A stretch of 64,000 bases of DNA from an uncultured bacterium (GTDB lineage: Bacteria > Patescibacteriota > Saccharimonadia > Saccharimonadales > 2-12-FULL-41-12), in NCBI GenBank assembly GCA_963834265.1, contig CAWIAU010000001.1, positions 327,572 to 391,571 on the forward strand. The letters run 5' to 3'. The translations under genes and the position numbers were made by a program. Below, piece after piece: positions 10,301-18,894 of the stretch. The stretch's first letter is position 1, and every line of letters starts with the position of its first letter. The notes below the pieces were generated by a model. It made no database searches. It was not told the DNA's origin and saw nothing but the letters and a program-made list of their open reading frames with translations.

Positions 10301-13300
10301 CCGGCGGTGCGCTAACTGTCCAGGGCGGAGCCGGTGCTTCGACTACCACCGGTAGTGCCGGCGGCGCTATTACCATCCAAGGTGGTACCGCTGGCGGCAG
10401 CAACGCTAATAACGGCGGTGCCCTGAGCTTTACTGGTGGCGTGGCTTCAGCTACCGGTGTCGGCGGCGCCATAACTATCCTTACCGGTGCCGGCGGCGCT
10501 ACGTCCGGAGCTTCCGGTGCTCTCAGCTTACAGTCTGGCTCTACTACTAACGGTAACAGCGGTCTGGTTACCCTTCAGTCCGGCAGTTCTACTACCGGCA
10601 CCGCTGGTAACGTTGCCATAGATGTCGGTACTTCCAGTACCGGTACTTCAGCTATTAACATCGGTACTTCCACCAATTCGGCCGCTAAGACAATTAGTAT
10701 TGGCGGCTCCAATGGCACGGGTATAATAACGCTAGGTTCCTCCAGCGCTGCTCAGTCTGTCCTGATCTCCAACGGCACCGGTGCCTCAACAGTCAGTATT
10801 GCCAACGCCACTGTGTCCGGCGTAACTCTTAATATAGCCGGAGCTGCCAATACATCTGCCAACACCATCAACATCGCCAACGGAGCCAGCGCTGCCAACA
10901 CCAACGTCAGCATACTGTCCGGTGTCGGTACAGCCGGTGCTTCTACCTTGCTACTAGGCAACAACACCAGAGTTACCCAGATAGACCTCGGTAACATTGC
11001 AGCAGCGGCAGCCCGTACCATCAATGTCGGTACCGGTTCCAACGCTGTCGGCATCGATACGCTCAACATCGGCACCGGTGCTACCAGCGTAGCTGGTGGC
11101 AAGACTATTAATATCGGCAACACGGCACCAACCGGTGCCGGTACCAACCTCATCTCTATTGGCTCTACTACCAACGCTTCTACCACTAGCATCCAGGGTG
11201 GCACGGGCTCAACAGCTGTTAACATCCAGGCCGGTGCCGGTGGTAACATCAATGTCGGTACGGCTAGTAACAATGTTATTGCCATCGGCACTGCTTCTGT
11301 TGCCGGCACCATCACTGTCGGCGGCACGGGCACTACCGGCCAGATAACTGTCGGCCAGTCGACAGCTACCAATACCATCTCGATTGGCTCAGCCGCCGGC
11401 AACACCTTTACCCAGACCATTAACATCGGAACCAGCGCCACCGCTGGCTCAACTACTACTCTTAATATTGGTTCGACCGTCGCCGGTATTACTACTTTGC
11501 AGAGTGCGGGGGGAGTCAGAATCACCACTTTGGGTGCCGCTGACACCGACTCATATAATATTTGTCGGGATGCCTCTACCACCCAGCTGACTGCCTGCGA
11601 CGCTAACAACGCCACTGGACGAGCTTTCCTAAATGGCCTGAATACTTTCAGTGGTACGGCTACCCTCGGTACCAACAGCACCGGCGGCGGCGCCCTGCAA
11701 TTCCAGACCAACAGCGTGGCCCGGGCTATCTTTGACACTTCTAACAACTTATACCTGGGTAATGCCGACAGCAGCGGCGTTAACACGGCTCCGAATGCGT
11801 TTACAATAAGTGGTACGGGCAGCAGTGCAGCTGCAGGTGGAGCTGCTGGTGGTAACCTGACCATTAAAGCAGGTCTCGGTACCGCTACGGGTACGGGCAG
11901 TGCCGGTGGCGTATTAGCCCTTGCCGGTGGTGCGGCCCAAGGAGACGGAACCGTTAACCGCAACGGCGGCAACCTGACCTTAGATGGCGGCGCCAAAGTA
12001 GGTGCCGGCGGGACAATCGGCAATGTAATTTTGCAAGGCTCAGGAGGTAACGTAGGAATCGGAGTAACACCCATCACCACTGCTGGCAGCGGGGTATTAC
12101 AAGTTGGCGCTGCCTCCTCTACAACGGCAGGCCAGGGTATAAGCTTCGGCGGTGATACAGTAGCGAACCTTTACCGCTCCGCCGCGGGTACTCTCAAAAC
12201 AGACGGTGCTTTCCATATCCAAAACGACTCTACTACTGCTTTCCAGGTTCTGGAAGCGGACGGGGGAGCATTCTTTTCGCTCGATAGTATCAATAACTCC
12301 CTAAGGCTTGTTAGTAATACCGGCGGCGAAATAGTAGAAATCAGTAATGCTACCGGATTGTCGGTAGTATCTGACGCTAATACGGCATGGACAAACCTGG
12401 GAGCGAATACCGGTGCTGCTGCCGATATCCTGAATCTATATGATGAAAACGACGTTTTAGTAGGTTCTATTACAAAAACCGGTGACGCTCTCTTTAAATC
12501 ATCTACTAACTCCGCCACTGCATTGAGGATCCAGCAGGCAGGGGCAGGCGGCACGCTGTTTACTGCTGATACGTCTGCAATGAAAGTTAGTATCACAGGT
12601 ACTACTGACGCATCCTTGAGTGCTGGCGGCTATTTGCAGATCGGTACTACTGCCGCTACTAACCTGATATTTGACGACAATGAGATTATGGCGCGCAATA
12701 ATGGCGCAATATCTAACCTAAATCTCCAGCAAGACGGAGGCGGTCTATACGTAGGCTTCAGCACAGCAGCAACACTAGACATTAATAATGGACAATTTAC
12801 AGTAGGAACCACTGGTTCAGTAATTTCAAAAAATTCAAGTGATTCAACCACTGCCTTCCAGATACAGCGCGCCGGCGCAGGCGGCAACTTGTTTAGAGTG
12901 GATACTCTGAATTCTATGGTCAGTGTTGGTTCGGCCGCGCCTGCTACCAGCTTGCTGACTGTCGGCACCAACTCTACTACTTCAGCTGCGGGCGGTATTA
13001 GTTTCGGTACCGATACGAGTCTGTATCGCTCCGCGGCGAACTCGCTCAATACAGGCGGACTTTTCACAGCAAGCGGCAACATCACTTCATATACTAATGG
13101 AACAACATACTCCAGCTTGCAATCTAGTGGAGATGTTTACGCGACGGGTCGTTTAGATGTTGCTGATCTTACTACTGAAGAAGTAAATATTGGAGCCGTA
13201 GGCACCGGTAGCAAGTCCGGCATAGTCTTTGGCGCTGGCGGTGCTAACCCAGTTAACCTCTATCGTCCTTCCGCCGATGTCCTAATGACTGACGATAATT

Positions 13301-14574
13301 TGATCGTTACCCAAGCCACTACCTTGACGCAAGCGACAGCGAATACTTATGGGTTGCGCCTGATGGGATCGGTCGCTGGCTCAGAAGCTCTTACGTTTGG
13401 AGCAAATGGATCGAATGCATTCATACAGTCTTGGGGTAGTAGAACGCTGGAAATTAACAACCAAGGCAACCCAATATATTTCAGAAGTGCAACTTCTACT
13501 GGGAATGCAGTTTTCGTCGGCACTACAGCTGATCTTTACGAGTCCTCTGCCAATACGCTCAGTACTAGCGGAACGTTAACAGCTGGAAGCTACATTGCCG
13601 CGTTTAATGGCTTTGCGGCTAAAGTTACCTTAGGTGATGTAGGCAGCAGCCAGGCTGGTATCTTCTTTGGATCAGGCAACGATACCAATCTATATCGTTC
13701 TACTACGGACACCCTTACAACAGATAGCAATCTGATAATTAACAATACCAACGCGGCGGCCTTTAAGGTACAGTCTGCTGCCGCAGCCGACGTTATGTTC
13801 AACATTGACACCAACGGTAACTCCATAAAAGTAGGGAACAACACCGGTACAACTACTGCCACAACCCAATTCGTCCTAGATACGGCCACCACCGCACCGT
13901 CAGCAGACGGCGCCGGTGTTAACGGCGCGATGTACTACGACAGCACCCTCGGCCGCGTCCAGTGCTACGAAAGCGGCAGCTGGGGAAGCTGTAGTACGCT
14001 TGATCAGTCGGTCACTTTGATACCTGAATATTCAGGTGCGGTAATGACTGGGGATGGCTCTAATAACACCGGTACTATGACATCTGATTTATGCAGTGGT
14101 ACAACAGCTCCTCGACTAAATCTTAACCCTACCATTTGCGGTGCAACAGAAGAACACAGCTACTACTCCTGGACCGCCCAGGCCACTAACGATTACGACA
14201 TCTATATCAGATACCAGCTGCCAAGCGACTTCGCCGGCTTTAGCAGTACAACATCGCTCAAGATGTTTGGCTGGCGCTCAACTGCTACGGAAAAAGTACA
14301 GATGAGCGTGTATAACGCTTCGGGTGACCAGTGTGGCGACAACCCTACATTCGTAGCGGACGGCAACATCGCTTATGGTACCACTGTCAGTACTTCTAAT
14401 GCAGCCTGGACCCAGACTTCTTTGGGAGGTGTGTCGGGGGATGCTGACTGTGACGCGACTGCCGGCAACATGGTACCTGGAAGTATCATGCTTGTCCGCA
14501 TACATATGACAGTCGGTACTAATAACAGCTTTGCCCGCGCTGGTGCTATAACGTTTGATTATAAGAGTAAATAA
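4372..14574 (+). CDS. giant surface fibre-like repeat protein 1 (3400 aa)
   Basis: An uninterrupted 10.2-kb ORF with an N-terminal hydrophobic segment (aa ~17-40) and G/T/A/S/N-rich composition. It contains identical-looking 408-bp repeats and the recurrent motifs GNVGIG..P..KL.V.G and NLYRS..L.TDD. The C-terminal 230 aa form a distinct Cys-containing domain. Confidence 0.9.
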   Translation: MFSQIKNTLINIVSPFRGLAFGLLVLLSLVGSVYNITRVNNPASVQAAASSTINFQARLSSASGQVVPDGNYFIEFNLYTAASGGTSVWREIYQGSAYTCAFGSATGATNNKVRVVNGYLTVNLGELCTFPSTINWDQEHWLTMNVGGSGGAALYDGEMTPRLKLTAVPYAFAAGQLRKQTGGANSSGVLEFATLTADRKFILPDTNLATTASPGTVCVFNGAVSNCPAATGSASYIQNTIGGATPQTEANFNIQAYNSGAAGTVGGRIRGAANGQTADLFQLQATDGTILTAFNSSGQLVFGPSGAQDTNLYRSSANILKTDDALDVGSTITSGDALTVSNGTSVGNIAVFSDGATPVVTIADGGSLTVNPSVAAATITVGGTTQTGTITLGQATTAATQLLNIQSANGTASTQTITIGGGTSTTSGGKIVNIANGTPGAGTTNTVAIGNGGTTTGTVGVTLGSIGGAAHTTLIQGGNGASAVSVQAAASGTISVGTTNNNVINLGTAAVAGTITVGGTTQTGTITLGQATTAATQLLNIQSANGTASTQTITIGGGTSTTSGGKIVNIANGTPGAGTTNTVAIGNGGTTTGTVGVTLGSIGGAAHTTLIQGGNGASAVSVQAAASGTISVGTTNNNVINLGTAAVAGTITVGGTTQTGTITLGQATTAATQLLNIQSANGTASTQTITIGGGTSTTSGGKIVNIANGTPGAGTTNTVAIGNGGTTTGTVGVTLGSIGGAAHTTLIQGGNGASAVSIQSATSGTIGIGSSGVANTVQIGNTTGAVTQTINIGNNTTASSTNNVVIGSTIAGTTTLQNAATISLNSPAINSNAATLALFATPTNITLGAAAATFNIGPAAAAAATINIAGGSGATGCTVDGATGNLACSGTITGSGGTGFLGKNVADTSSFAVTAANYLYGFTNSSSAVASGVLNIDNGTNTGNALRVTTAGNPGAGNALIFASNTNASPSGNLLDLQSGSSPTSVFSVNADGLTTSASQITSYYGDSGQIILTRNNPGGEARIVLGNSGQVYITHTNANELSATGSLIIEGASSNLTVQGTGTSNFVGNVDIAGTLKAGTSDAFQVGATGVVNYVAGSTDTAAAVCRNAAGQLAGCNTTGNGAAFIQGGNAFAATAVLGTTDANGLQIITGSGGPNGRAYFDTSNNLFLGNAGTTGLAAAPNAFTIQGTGSSAAAGGAAGGNLTIKAGVGTATGSGSAGGVLALAGGAAQGNGTVARNGGDLTLDGGALIGAGTKGNVILQGSGGNVGIGIATPGAKLDVKGINTSNSILALSVAGSSGTGLQVSNANTVSIGVAPFEHTALRITKDFGALNASFDAAIGIQANVTASANADGTSEVDGVIGNAILAGSNAPAYIIGGAFSGINAATGAGNVPFVYGVTAATSSTGSKSTDDLIAIKASNRLSSSGNATRATGLYVDSPTALSTGRITTNYGIYINTQATAAVTGSAYGIYQLGASDLNYFAGNVGLGDTVPSTKLSLGGTGVSNGITLGDDAASPVNLYRNANDELKTDDAFIVAGLLTGQAGATVSGAAINLNASSNFNTSINTGNSTGTISIGNSASTGFTLENGTGTGVNGVNLFNGATAHTIQLATGAAVQSVTVGSTNTTSSLTLQAGTGLLNIGNDNVAKTTTINIGAEATGADLIALGSSNAGSTLTLLGGTGAAAIQIGNNAASTGIQIGNANGDKDIIIGNSQNSGSTISIEGGTAATGIQIGNSTAAHGIQIGSNATGDNDILLGGANAGSTLILEGGTAANAIQIGNGATAHGIQIGTGAAVQTLVIGSTNTTSATSIQGGVSGAINIGSVGSSTLSSTTNIANTSNATGTQTINLGSSANAANVINLTAGSTGGVKLNTQLAATANSQYLCRDSSTAILTACNTTGNGAAFIQGGNAFAATAVLGTTDANGLQIITGSGGPNGRAYFDTSNNLFFGNADSSGVNTAPTAFSVRGTGSNNVANAGGALTVQGGAGASTTTGSAGGAITIQGGTAGGSNANNGGALSFTGGVASATGVGGAITILTGAGGATSGASGALSLQSGSTTNGNSGLVTLQSGSSTTGTAGNVAIDVGTSSTGTSAINIGTSTNSAAKTISIGGSNGTGIITLGSSSAAQSVLISNGTGASTVSIANATVSGVTLNIAGAANTSANTINIANGASAANTNVSILSGVGTAGASTLLLGNNTRVTQIDLGNIAAAAARTINVGTGSNAVGIDTLNIGTGATSVAGGKTINIGNTAPTGAGTNLISIGSTTNASTTSIQGGTGSTAVNIQAGAGGNINVGTASNNVIAIGTASVAGTITVGGTGTTGQITVGQSTATNTISIGSAAGNTFTQTINIGTSATAGSTTTLNIGSTVAGITTLQSAGGVRITTLGAADTDSYNICRDASTTQLTACDANNATGRAFLNGLNTFSGTATLGTNSTGGGALQFQTNSVARAIFDTSNNLYLGNADSSGVNTAPNAFTISGTGSSAAAGGAAGGNLTIKAGLGTATGTGSAGGVLALAGGAAQGDGTVNRNGGNLTLDGGAKVGAGGTIGNVILQGSGGNVGIGVTPITTAGSGVLQVGAASSTTAGQGISFGGDTVANLYRSAAGTLKTDGAFHIQNDSTTAFQVLEADGGAFFSLDSINNSLRLVSNTGGEIVEISNATGLSVVSDANTAWTNLGANTGAAADILNLYDENDVLVGSITKTGDALFKSSTNSATALRIQQAGAGGTLFTADTSAMKVSITGTTDASLSAGGYLQIGTTAATNLIFDDNEIMARNNGAISNLNLQQDGGGLYVGFSTAATLDINNGQFTVGTTGSVISKNSSDSTTAFQIQRAGAGGNLFRVDTLNSMVSVGSAAPATSLLTVGTNSTTSAAGGISFGTDTSLYRSAANSLNTGGLFTASGNITSYTNGTTYSSLQSSGDVYATGRLDVADLTTEEVNIGAVGTGSKSGIVFGAGGANPVNLYRPSADVLMTDDNLIVTQATTLTQATANTYGLRLMGSVAGSEALTFGANGSNAFIQSWGSRTLEINNQGNPIYFRSATSTGNAVFVGTTADLYESSANTLSTSGTLTAGSYIAAFNGFAAKVTLGDVGSSQAGIFFGSGNDTNLYRSTTDTLTTDSNLIINNTNAAAFKVQSAAAADVMFNIDTNGNSIKVGNNTGTTTATTQFVLDTATTAPSADGAGVNGAMYYDSTLGRVQCYESGSWGSCSTLDQSVTLIPEYSGAVMTGDGSNNTGTMTSDLCSGTTAPRLNLNPTICGATEEHSYYSWTAQATNDYDIYIRYQLPSDFAGFSSTTSLKMFGWRSTATEKVQMSVYNASGDQCGDNPTFVADGNIAYGTTVSTSNAAWTQTSLGGVSGDADCDATAGNMVPGSIMLVRIHMTVGTNNSFARAGAITFDYKSK
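5503..6642 (+). repeat. in-frame tandem repeat, 408-bp (136-aa) unit, ~2.8 copies, no differences seen
   Basis: Unit starts at 5503, 5911 and 6319. The antisense ORFs 5613..5948 and 6021..6356 have identical translations. Confidence 0.9.
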
Positions 14575-14576
14575 CA

Positions 14577-14774
14577 ATGAAGAACGATAATACTCACCAA
14601 GTCAAACTAGCCAGAATAAGAAAATCGCACAAAGCGGCTTATACTGATATTCTGGTCATCCCGGAAGTTGTCGAAGATAACATGCGGCGTATTGCCGATA
14701 ACCCTCCGCGCCGCCGTCGCCGGATAAACTATGCCAAAAAGATTATGAATGACACATTCCTCATGAACGCTTGA
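14577..14774 (+). CDS. small basic hypothetical protein (65 aa), possibly translationally coupled to giant gene 1
   Basis: The ATG lies 2 nt after the giant-gene stop. The protein has an Arg-rich segment (PPRRRRR). I see no Shine-Dalgarno site and recognise no homology. Confidence 0.3.
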   Translation: MKNDNTHQVKLARIRKSHKAAYTDILVIPEVVEDNMRRIADNPPRRRRRINYAKKIMNDTFLMNA

Positions 14775-14913
14775 AGCCTATAAAATCTGGATAATGAACA
14801 GATGATTAATTATTATTCTCACCAATCGTTTTCTTCAATTTTTAAGTTTACAGGGACGGGGCCTGGAAACAAGTTTAAAATAAGCGTTTTACTTGGTAAG
14901 ATGTCTGTAGGAT

Positions 14914-17640
14914 ATGAGGGTACAAAAGAAATCCCGGGATATGCAAAAAATAAAGACTGCTAAGAAATTGCTGATATGGTTCAAGATGCAGACATTTGGG
15001 CGACGGGGCTTGGTTGCTATCATGTGTTTGGTTCTGCTTGCACCGATTATTATTCTGCCACCACAGAAAGCCCATGCGGCGATTGCCTATAGATCTTCTT
15101 CTACACTTGCCAACTCAGCCAATGGCACCACGGCTACTATTACGAAACCTGCGTCAGTAGCATCCGGAGATGTCCTGATTGTGACAATTGCATCGTATGG
15201 AGGACCCAATAATTACTGTGACGGTACGCTGACTGGCTGGACAACCATTAATTACGTAAGCCAGATAGGCGGCGGCGCTATGTGCTCTAAAACCATGTGG
15301 CGCGCAGCTGGAGGCAGCGAGCCTGCAAGCTATGTCTTTAATTTTGTCGCTTCAGGTGCAAACCGAACCCTGGGCATGTCGGCTTACACAGGTGTTGATA
15401 ATACCAATCCCATAGATAATAACGGCGCTTCCGAAAGTATTAACTCAGGTTTAGGAGGCACTACAGCCACAGCAACAGGATTCACCACAGTTGCACTTAA
15501 TACTATGCTGGTCGCATCTTTTGTGGGTGCTTCTAACACTGCGAATGGCACAGGCTCGCCGAGTATGACAGAACGATACGATGTAAGCGGAACGGGCGTT
15601 ACAGTGTCGTCTAATAGCCAAGCGCTGGCGAGCGCTGGTGCCACCGGTAACAAGACCTCTACTGTAACGGGTACTATTGGCTGGGCTGGGGACATGGTCG
15701 CGTTGGCTCCTGTCAGACCTGGTTTGGAACAGTCTGCTTATAGGTTTTCGGTAAATGCCGATAATAACACCCCGGCATTTATAGCTGACAACCTTAGTGC
15801 TGCCGATGATACAGCGCGCGGCACTGCCTTCGACCCTGTAAACAGCATGTTTTTTACGGTTGGAGACAACGGCACCAACTGGGTTATAGAAAAACGACGC
15901 ATAGCGGACGGCGCTCTGTGCACTTCAACTAACTGCGGAACAACTTTTGGCACAGCGGGAAGAGTTACGCATGATATAGCTTCCAGCGCTACGGAGAAAG
16001 CTTATGATTTGGATATAGACCCCGCGGGAGGTTTTATATATATAGTCGGCATGGATAATGCCGCAGGGGCAGGCCAATGGCATATTCAAAAGCGTGACAT
16101 GATGTCCGGCGCGCTTATAACCAGCTTTGACGGAGATGGTAGTGTAGTATCAAATCCTTCTTCAGGTTTAGACGAAGCGACAACCCTACAACTAGATACC
16201 ATCAATAATTACCTCTATGTTGGCGGGTACGATAATATTGGCGCTAACGATAACTCATGGAGCTTGCGAAAATACAGGACGGATAATGGAGCTATTTGCA
16301 CAGCAGCAAATTGCGGTATTTTATTTGGTACGGCCGGTTCTTACACCTTTGATCCCAGTAATAAGGATGACAGAATATCCGCGATTGAAACTGACCCCAC
16401 TAACACGTATCTTTATTTAGCTGGCTACACTACAGCGCCCAGCGGAAGAACTGACTGGAAAATGCAAAAAATGCTGGCTTCTAGTGCGGCCCTTTGTACG
16501 GCAGTAAACTGCGGAACCGAGTTTGGGACAGCGGGAACTTATACGAGCGATCCTACGGCAAGAGACGATCAAATACTTGCTTTGCAAGTTGATTCGGCTT
16601 CAGGTGCTATCTATATCAGCGGATTCGAGCAAGATACGACTAACAGCAAACAGTGGCGTATAGAGAAAATTACTCTTGGTGCAGGAACATTAGTTGCCGC
16701 TTTTGGAGGGAGCGGCTGTACTACTAACATTGCCGGCGCAATATGCCAAAAATTTACGACTAACGGCGACGATAAGATATTCAGCATGGAACTGGATGGC
16801 GCCGGAGGGTTTATATATGTTTTGGGTATCAAGGATGAGGCGGGCTCTAATTCAGAATGGCGGGTCCAAAAACGCAACCGTAGCGACGGCTCGCTGGTTA
16901 CTGCCTGGGCTACAAGCGGTACTGCCACGATAAATCCCAGCGTAAATAAAGATTTGCCTGCAAGTATTGTAATTGATGTCGAAAGAGGCCTGATGTGGGC
17001 GGTAGGCGGAGACCGCACACTGGGCACAAGCAATATGCAGTGGTACTTTACGCAGCTGCAGCTAGATACAGGTACTTTGTGGCTGGCTCCACAAGACACT
17101 GTAGCAGGGGCCAGTACGAGTATTACTTTCCGCTTAAGGCTGCTTTTGCATATAAGCGTGGTTGACCTAATAGCTGGCGAAGAACTATTTAAGCTGCAAT
17201 ATGCGCCAAAGGTAGGGACCTGTGACACAGGATTTGTAGGTGAATCTTATGCTGATGTGTTAACTAGCGGAAGCGGCGAAATAATTTTCCATGACAACCC
17301 CTCTAATTCAGATGCCATCGCTGCCGTCACGCTAACCGGCGACCCAACTCACAGCAGCGATACCAAAGTCTTGCAGACCATCGAAGAAGCTAATAACTTT
17401 ACCAATACGGCGAACGTTTTAAATGGCCAGGACGGATTGTGGGATTTTGTATTGAAAGATAATAATGCTTTCGGTGCATACTGCTTTAAAGTAGTATATA
17501 GCACAGGGGTAAACCTGACTACATACTCGGTAATGCCGGAAGTGACTTTCTGTAAAGACGATCCCAAAACAAGCGCCTTGCTTCGCCACGGCACCTTCTT
17601 CTGCGAAGGAATAAAAAAGTCTTTCTTCTGGACGCAGTAA
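14914..17640 (+). CDS. secreted/anchored beta-propeller-type (delta-60-like repeat) protein, 908 aa
   Basis: An N-terminal hydrophobic segment ends in AHA. About 7 repeats of ~60 aa follow the pattern (K/R)R..DG.L...(NCG..)FGTAG ... D ... IY..G ... W. The N- and C-terminal beta-rich domains are distinct. Alternative starts at 14941 or 14986 are possible. Confidence 0.85.
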   Translation: MRVQKKSRDMQKIKTAKKLLIWFKMQTFGRRGLVAIMCLVLLAPIIILPPQKAHAAIAYRSSSTLANSANGTTATITKPASVASGDVLIVTIASYGGPNNYCDGTLTGWTTINYVSQIGGGAMCSKTMWRAAGGSEPASYVFNFVASGANRTLGMSAYTGVDNTNPIDNNGASESINSGLGGTTATATGFTTVALNTMLVASFVGASNTANGTGSPSMTERYDVSGTGVTVSSNSQALASAGATGNKTSTVTGTIGWAGDMVALAPVRPGLEQSAYRFSVNADNNTPAFIADNLSAADDTARGTAFDPVNSMFFTVGDNGTNWVIEKRRIADGALCTSTNCGTTFGTAGRVTHDIASSATEKAYDLDIDPAGGFIYIVGMDNAAGAGQWHIQKRDMMSGALITSFDGDGSVVSNPSSGLDEATTLQLDTINNYLYVGGYDNIGANDNSWSLRKYRTDNGAICTAANCGILFGTAGSYTFDPSNKDDRISAIETDPTNTYLYLAGYTTAPSGRTDWKMQKMLASSAALCTAVNCGTEFGTAGTYTSDPTARDDQILALQVDSASGAIYISGFEQDTTNSKQWRIEKITLGAGTLVAAFGGSGCTTNIAGAICQKFTTNGDDKIFSMELDGAGGFIYVLGIKDEAGSNSEWRVQKRNRSDGSLVTAWATSGTATINPSVNKDLPASIVIDVERGLMWAVGGDRTLGTSNMQWYFTQLQLDTGTLWLAPQDTVAGASTSITFRLRLLLHISVVDLIAGEELFKLQYAPKVGTCDTGFVGESYADVLTSGSGEIIFHDNPSNSDAIAAVTLTGDPTHSSDTKVLQTIEEANNFTNTANVLNGQDGLWDFVLKDNNAFGAYCFKVVYSTGVNLTTYSVMPEVTFCKDDPKTSALLRHGTFFCEGIKKSFFWTQ

Positions 17641-17799
17641 TTAAGGACCCTCGGAGAGAATCAAAACAGGCACCTTATAAATATAAGTAAAATTCTTGTA
17701 TATACGGTATAAGTTTTCACGAGGGAAAATATGTACAATACTAAAAAATAAAATGGATTTTAAAACGGCTAATATCTCTCAGACGCCGTATAAGAGTGA

Positions 17800-18110
17800 A
17801 AAATGTGTCGGTTGTATACGTGTCCGCAGAAGAATCAAATAATTTTGCTAATTCGACAAATACGGTGATGTATGGCAAGAATGGAGTATGGGGTTATGTG
17901 CTTAAAGACGTGGGTACCTTCGGTGCTTGCCGTTTCCGGGTAGTAAAAGTGACAGTAAATCGATAGCTGCTCCATAAATTGTCCCAGATATAATTTTATG
18001 CCATGATGAACCTGGTACTGAAAATTTGCTCAGGGGCATAGCCTACTTCTGCGAGAACGCCGAAAGTTCTTTTTTTTGGCTAAAGAACTTTAATAGAAAT
18101 ACAGACTGAA
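17800..18110 (+). pseudogene. frameshifted, stop-containing remnant of a paralogue of the 3' end of the 908-aa gene
   Basis: Translation gives EESNNFANSTNTVMYGKNGVWGYVLKDVGTFGACRFRVVK, then a stop and a frame change, then IVPDIILCHDEPGTENLLRGIAYFCENAESSFFW. The parent gene reads EEANNFTNTANVLNGQDGLWDFVLKDNNAFGAYCFKVVY ... VMPEVTFCKDDPKTSALLRHGTFFCEGIKKSFFW. Confidence 0.6.
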
Positions 18111-18117
18111 AGTAAAA

Positions 18118-18864
18118 TCAATTTTCGAATGTTTTTTGAAGATTTGACAAAGACTTTTCAAGCGAGGCTATGCCAATCGTATTATTCCAGAAATAACTGC
18201 GGGCGTTTAGAAAATTGACCTGGTGATCCTCAATTTTTCGCGCTAATTCATTAATTTTAGCATTATCAACAGAGGTTTCTTGAAGTTTCTGTTGTAACTC
18301 CTGCAACAGCATTAATTGCTCTGGAATCGCAGGATCATTGATAGGATCTGATTTTAACTCTTCAAGTGCGGATTTGCTGGTTTTTAAGATGCCTTCAACT
18401 TTAGGAAGGTTATCTTTGCTTTGCAGTGAAGAAGCGGGATAGAGCAAAAAGTTCTTGCTGGCGCTTGATTGCTTGCGGGCATAAATCGTGACTTTATCGA
18501 GGTCCTTGCATAATTCATCAGCCGGCTCGGTACGCGGTTTAAGAGAATTAAGTTTCGGATCATCCTTTGTTTTTTTGATCTCTGTGCGTACTTCACTGCA
18601 CGTGTTTACAATACTTGATAGTGTGTTGTCATATTTTTCTATTTGATCCTGTAAAGGATTTTGCTTATTTTCTCGTGCATTTAGCGAGTTTATAGTTTGC
18701 ACATGTGTTTTTAGCCGGGATAATTGACTGAAATAATATTTTGTTCTGGATTGTTCAGAAGTATCTCTGTTACTGATAAATAAAAAGCCACTCGCTAATA
18801 GTGAACTAATAGCGAGAGTAAGTATCAGTAGACTGCGTCGCTTGATTGAAATTCTTATGGTCAT
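18118..18864 (-). CDS. N-terminally anchored alpha-helical (coiled-coil-like) hypothetical protein, 248 aa
   Basis: I take the start at the internal Met (MTIRISIKRRSLLILTLAISSLLASGFLF), which gives a signal anchor. The longer 337-aa ORF would overlap the divergent gene. The gene is AT-rich and the protein is rich in K, E, Q and L. Confidence 0.65.
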   Translation of the reverse strand: MTIRISIKRRSLLILTLAISSLLASGFLFISNRDTSEQSRTKYYFSQLSRLKTHVQTINSLNARENKQNPLQDQIEKYDNTLSSIVNTCSEVRTEIKKTKDDPKLNSLKPRTEPADELCKDLDKVTIYARKQSSASKNFLLYPASSLQSKDNLPKVEGILKTSKSALEELKSDPINDPAIPEQLMLLQELQQKLQETSVDNAKINELARKIEDHQVNFLNARSYFWNNTIGIASLEKSLSNLQKTFEN

Positions 18865-18894
18865 AAGTGATATACGGTAGTATACAATGGTTTT

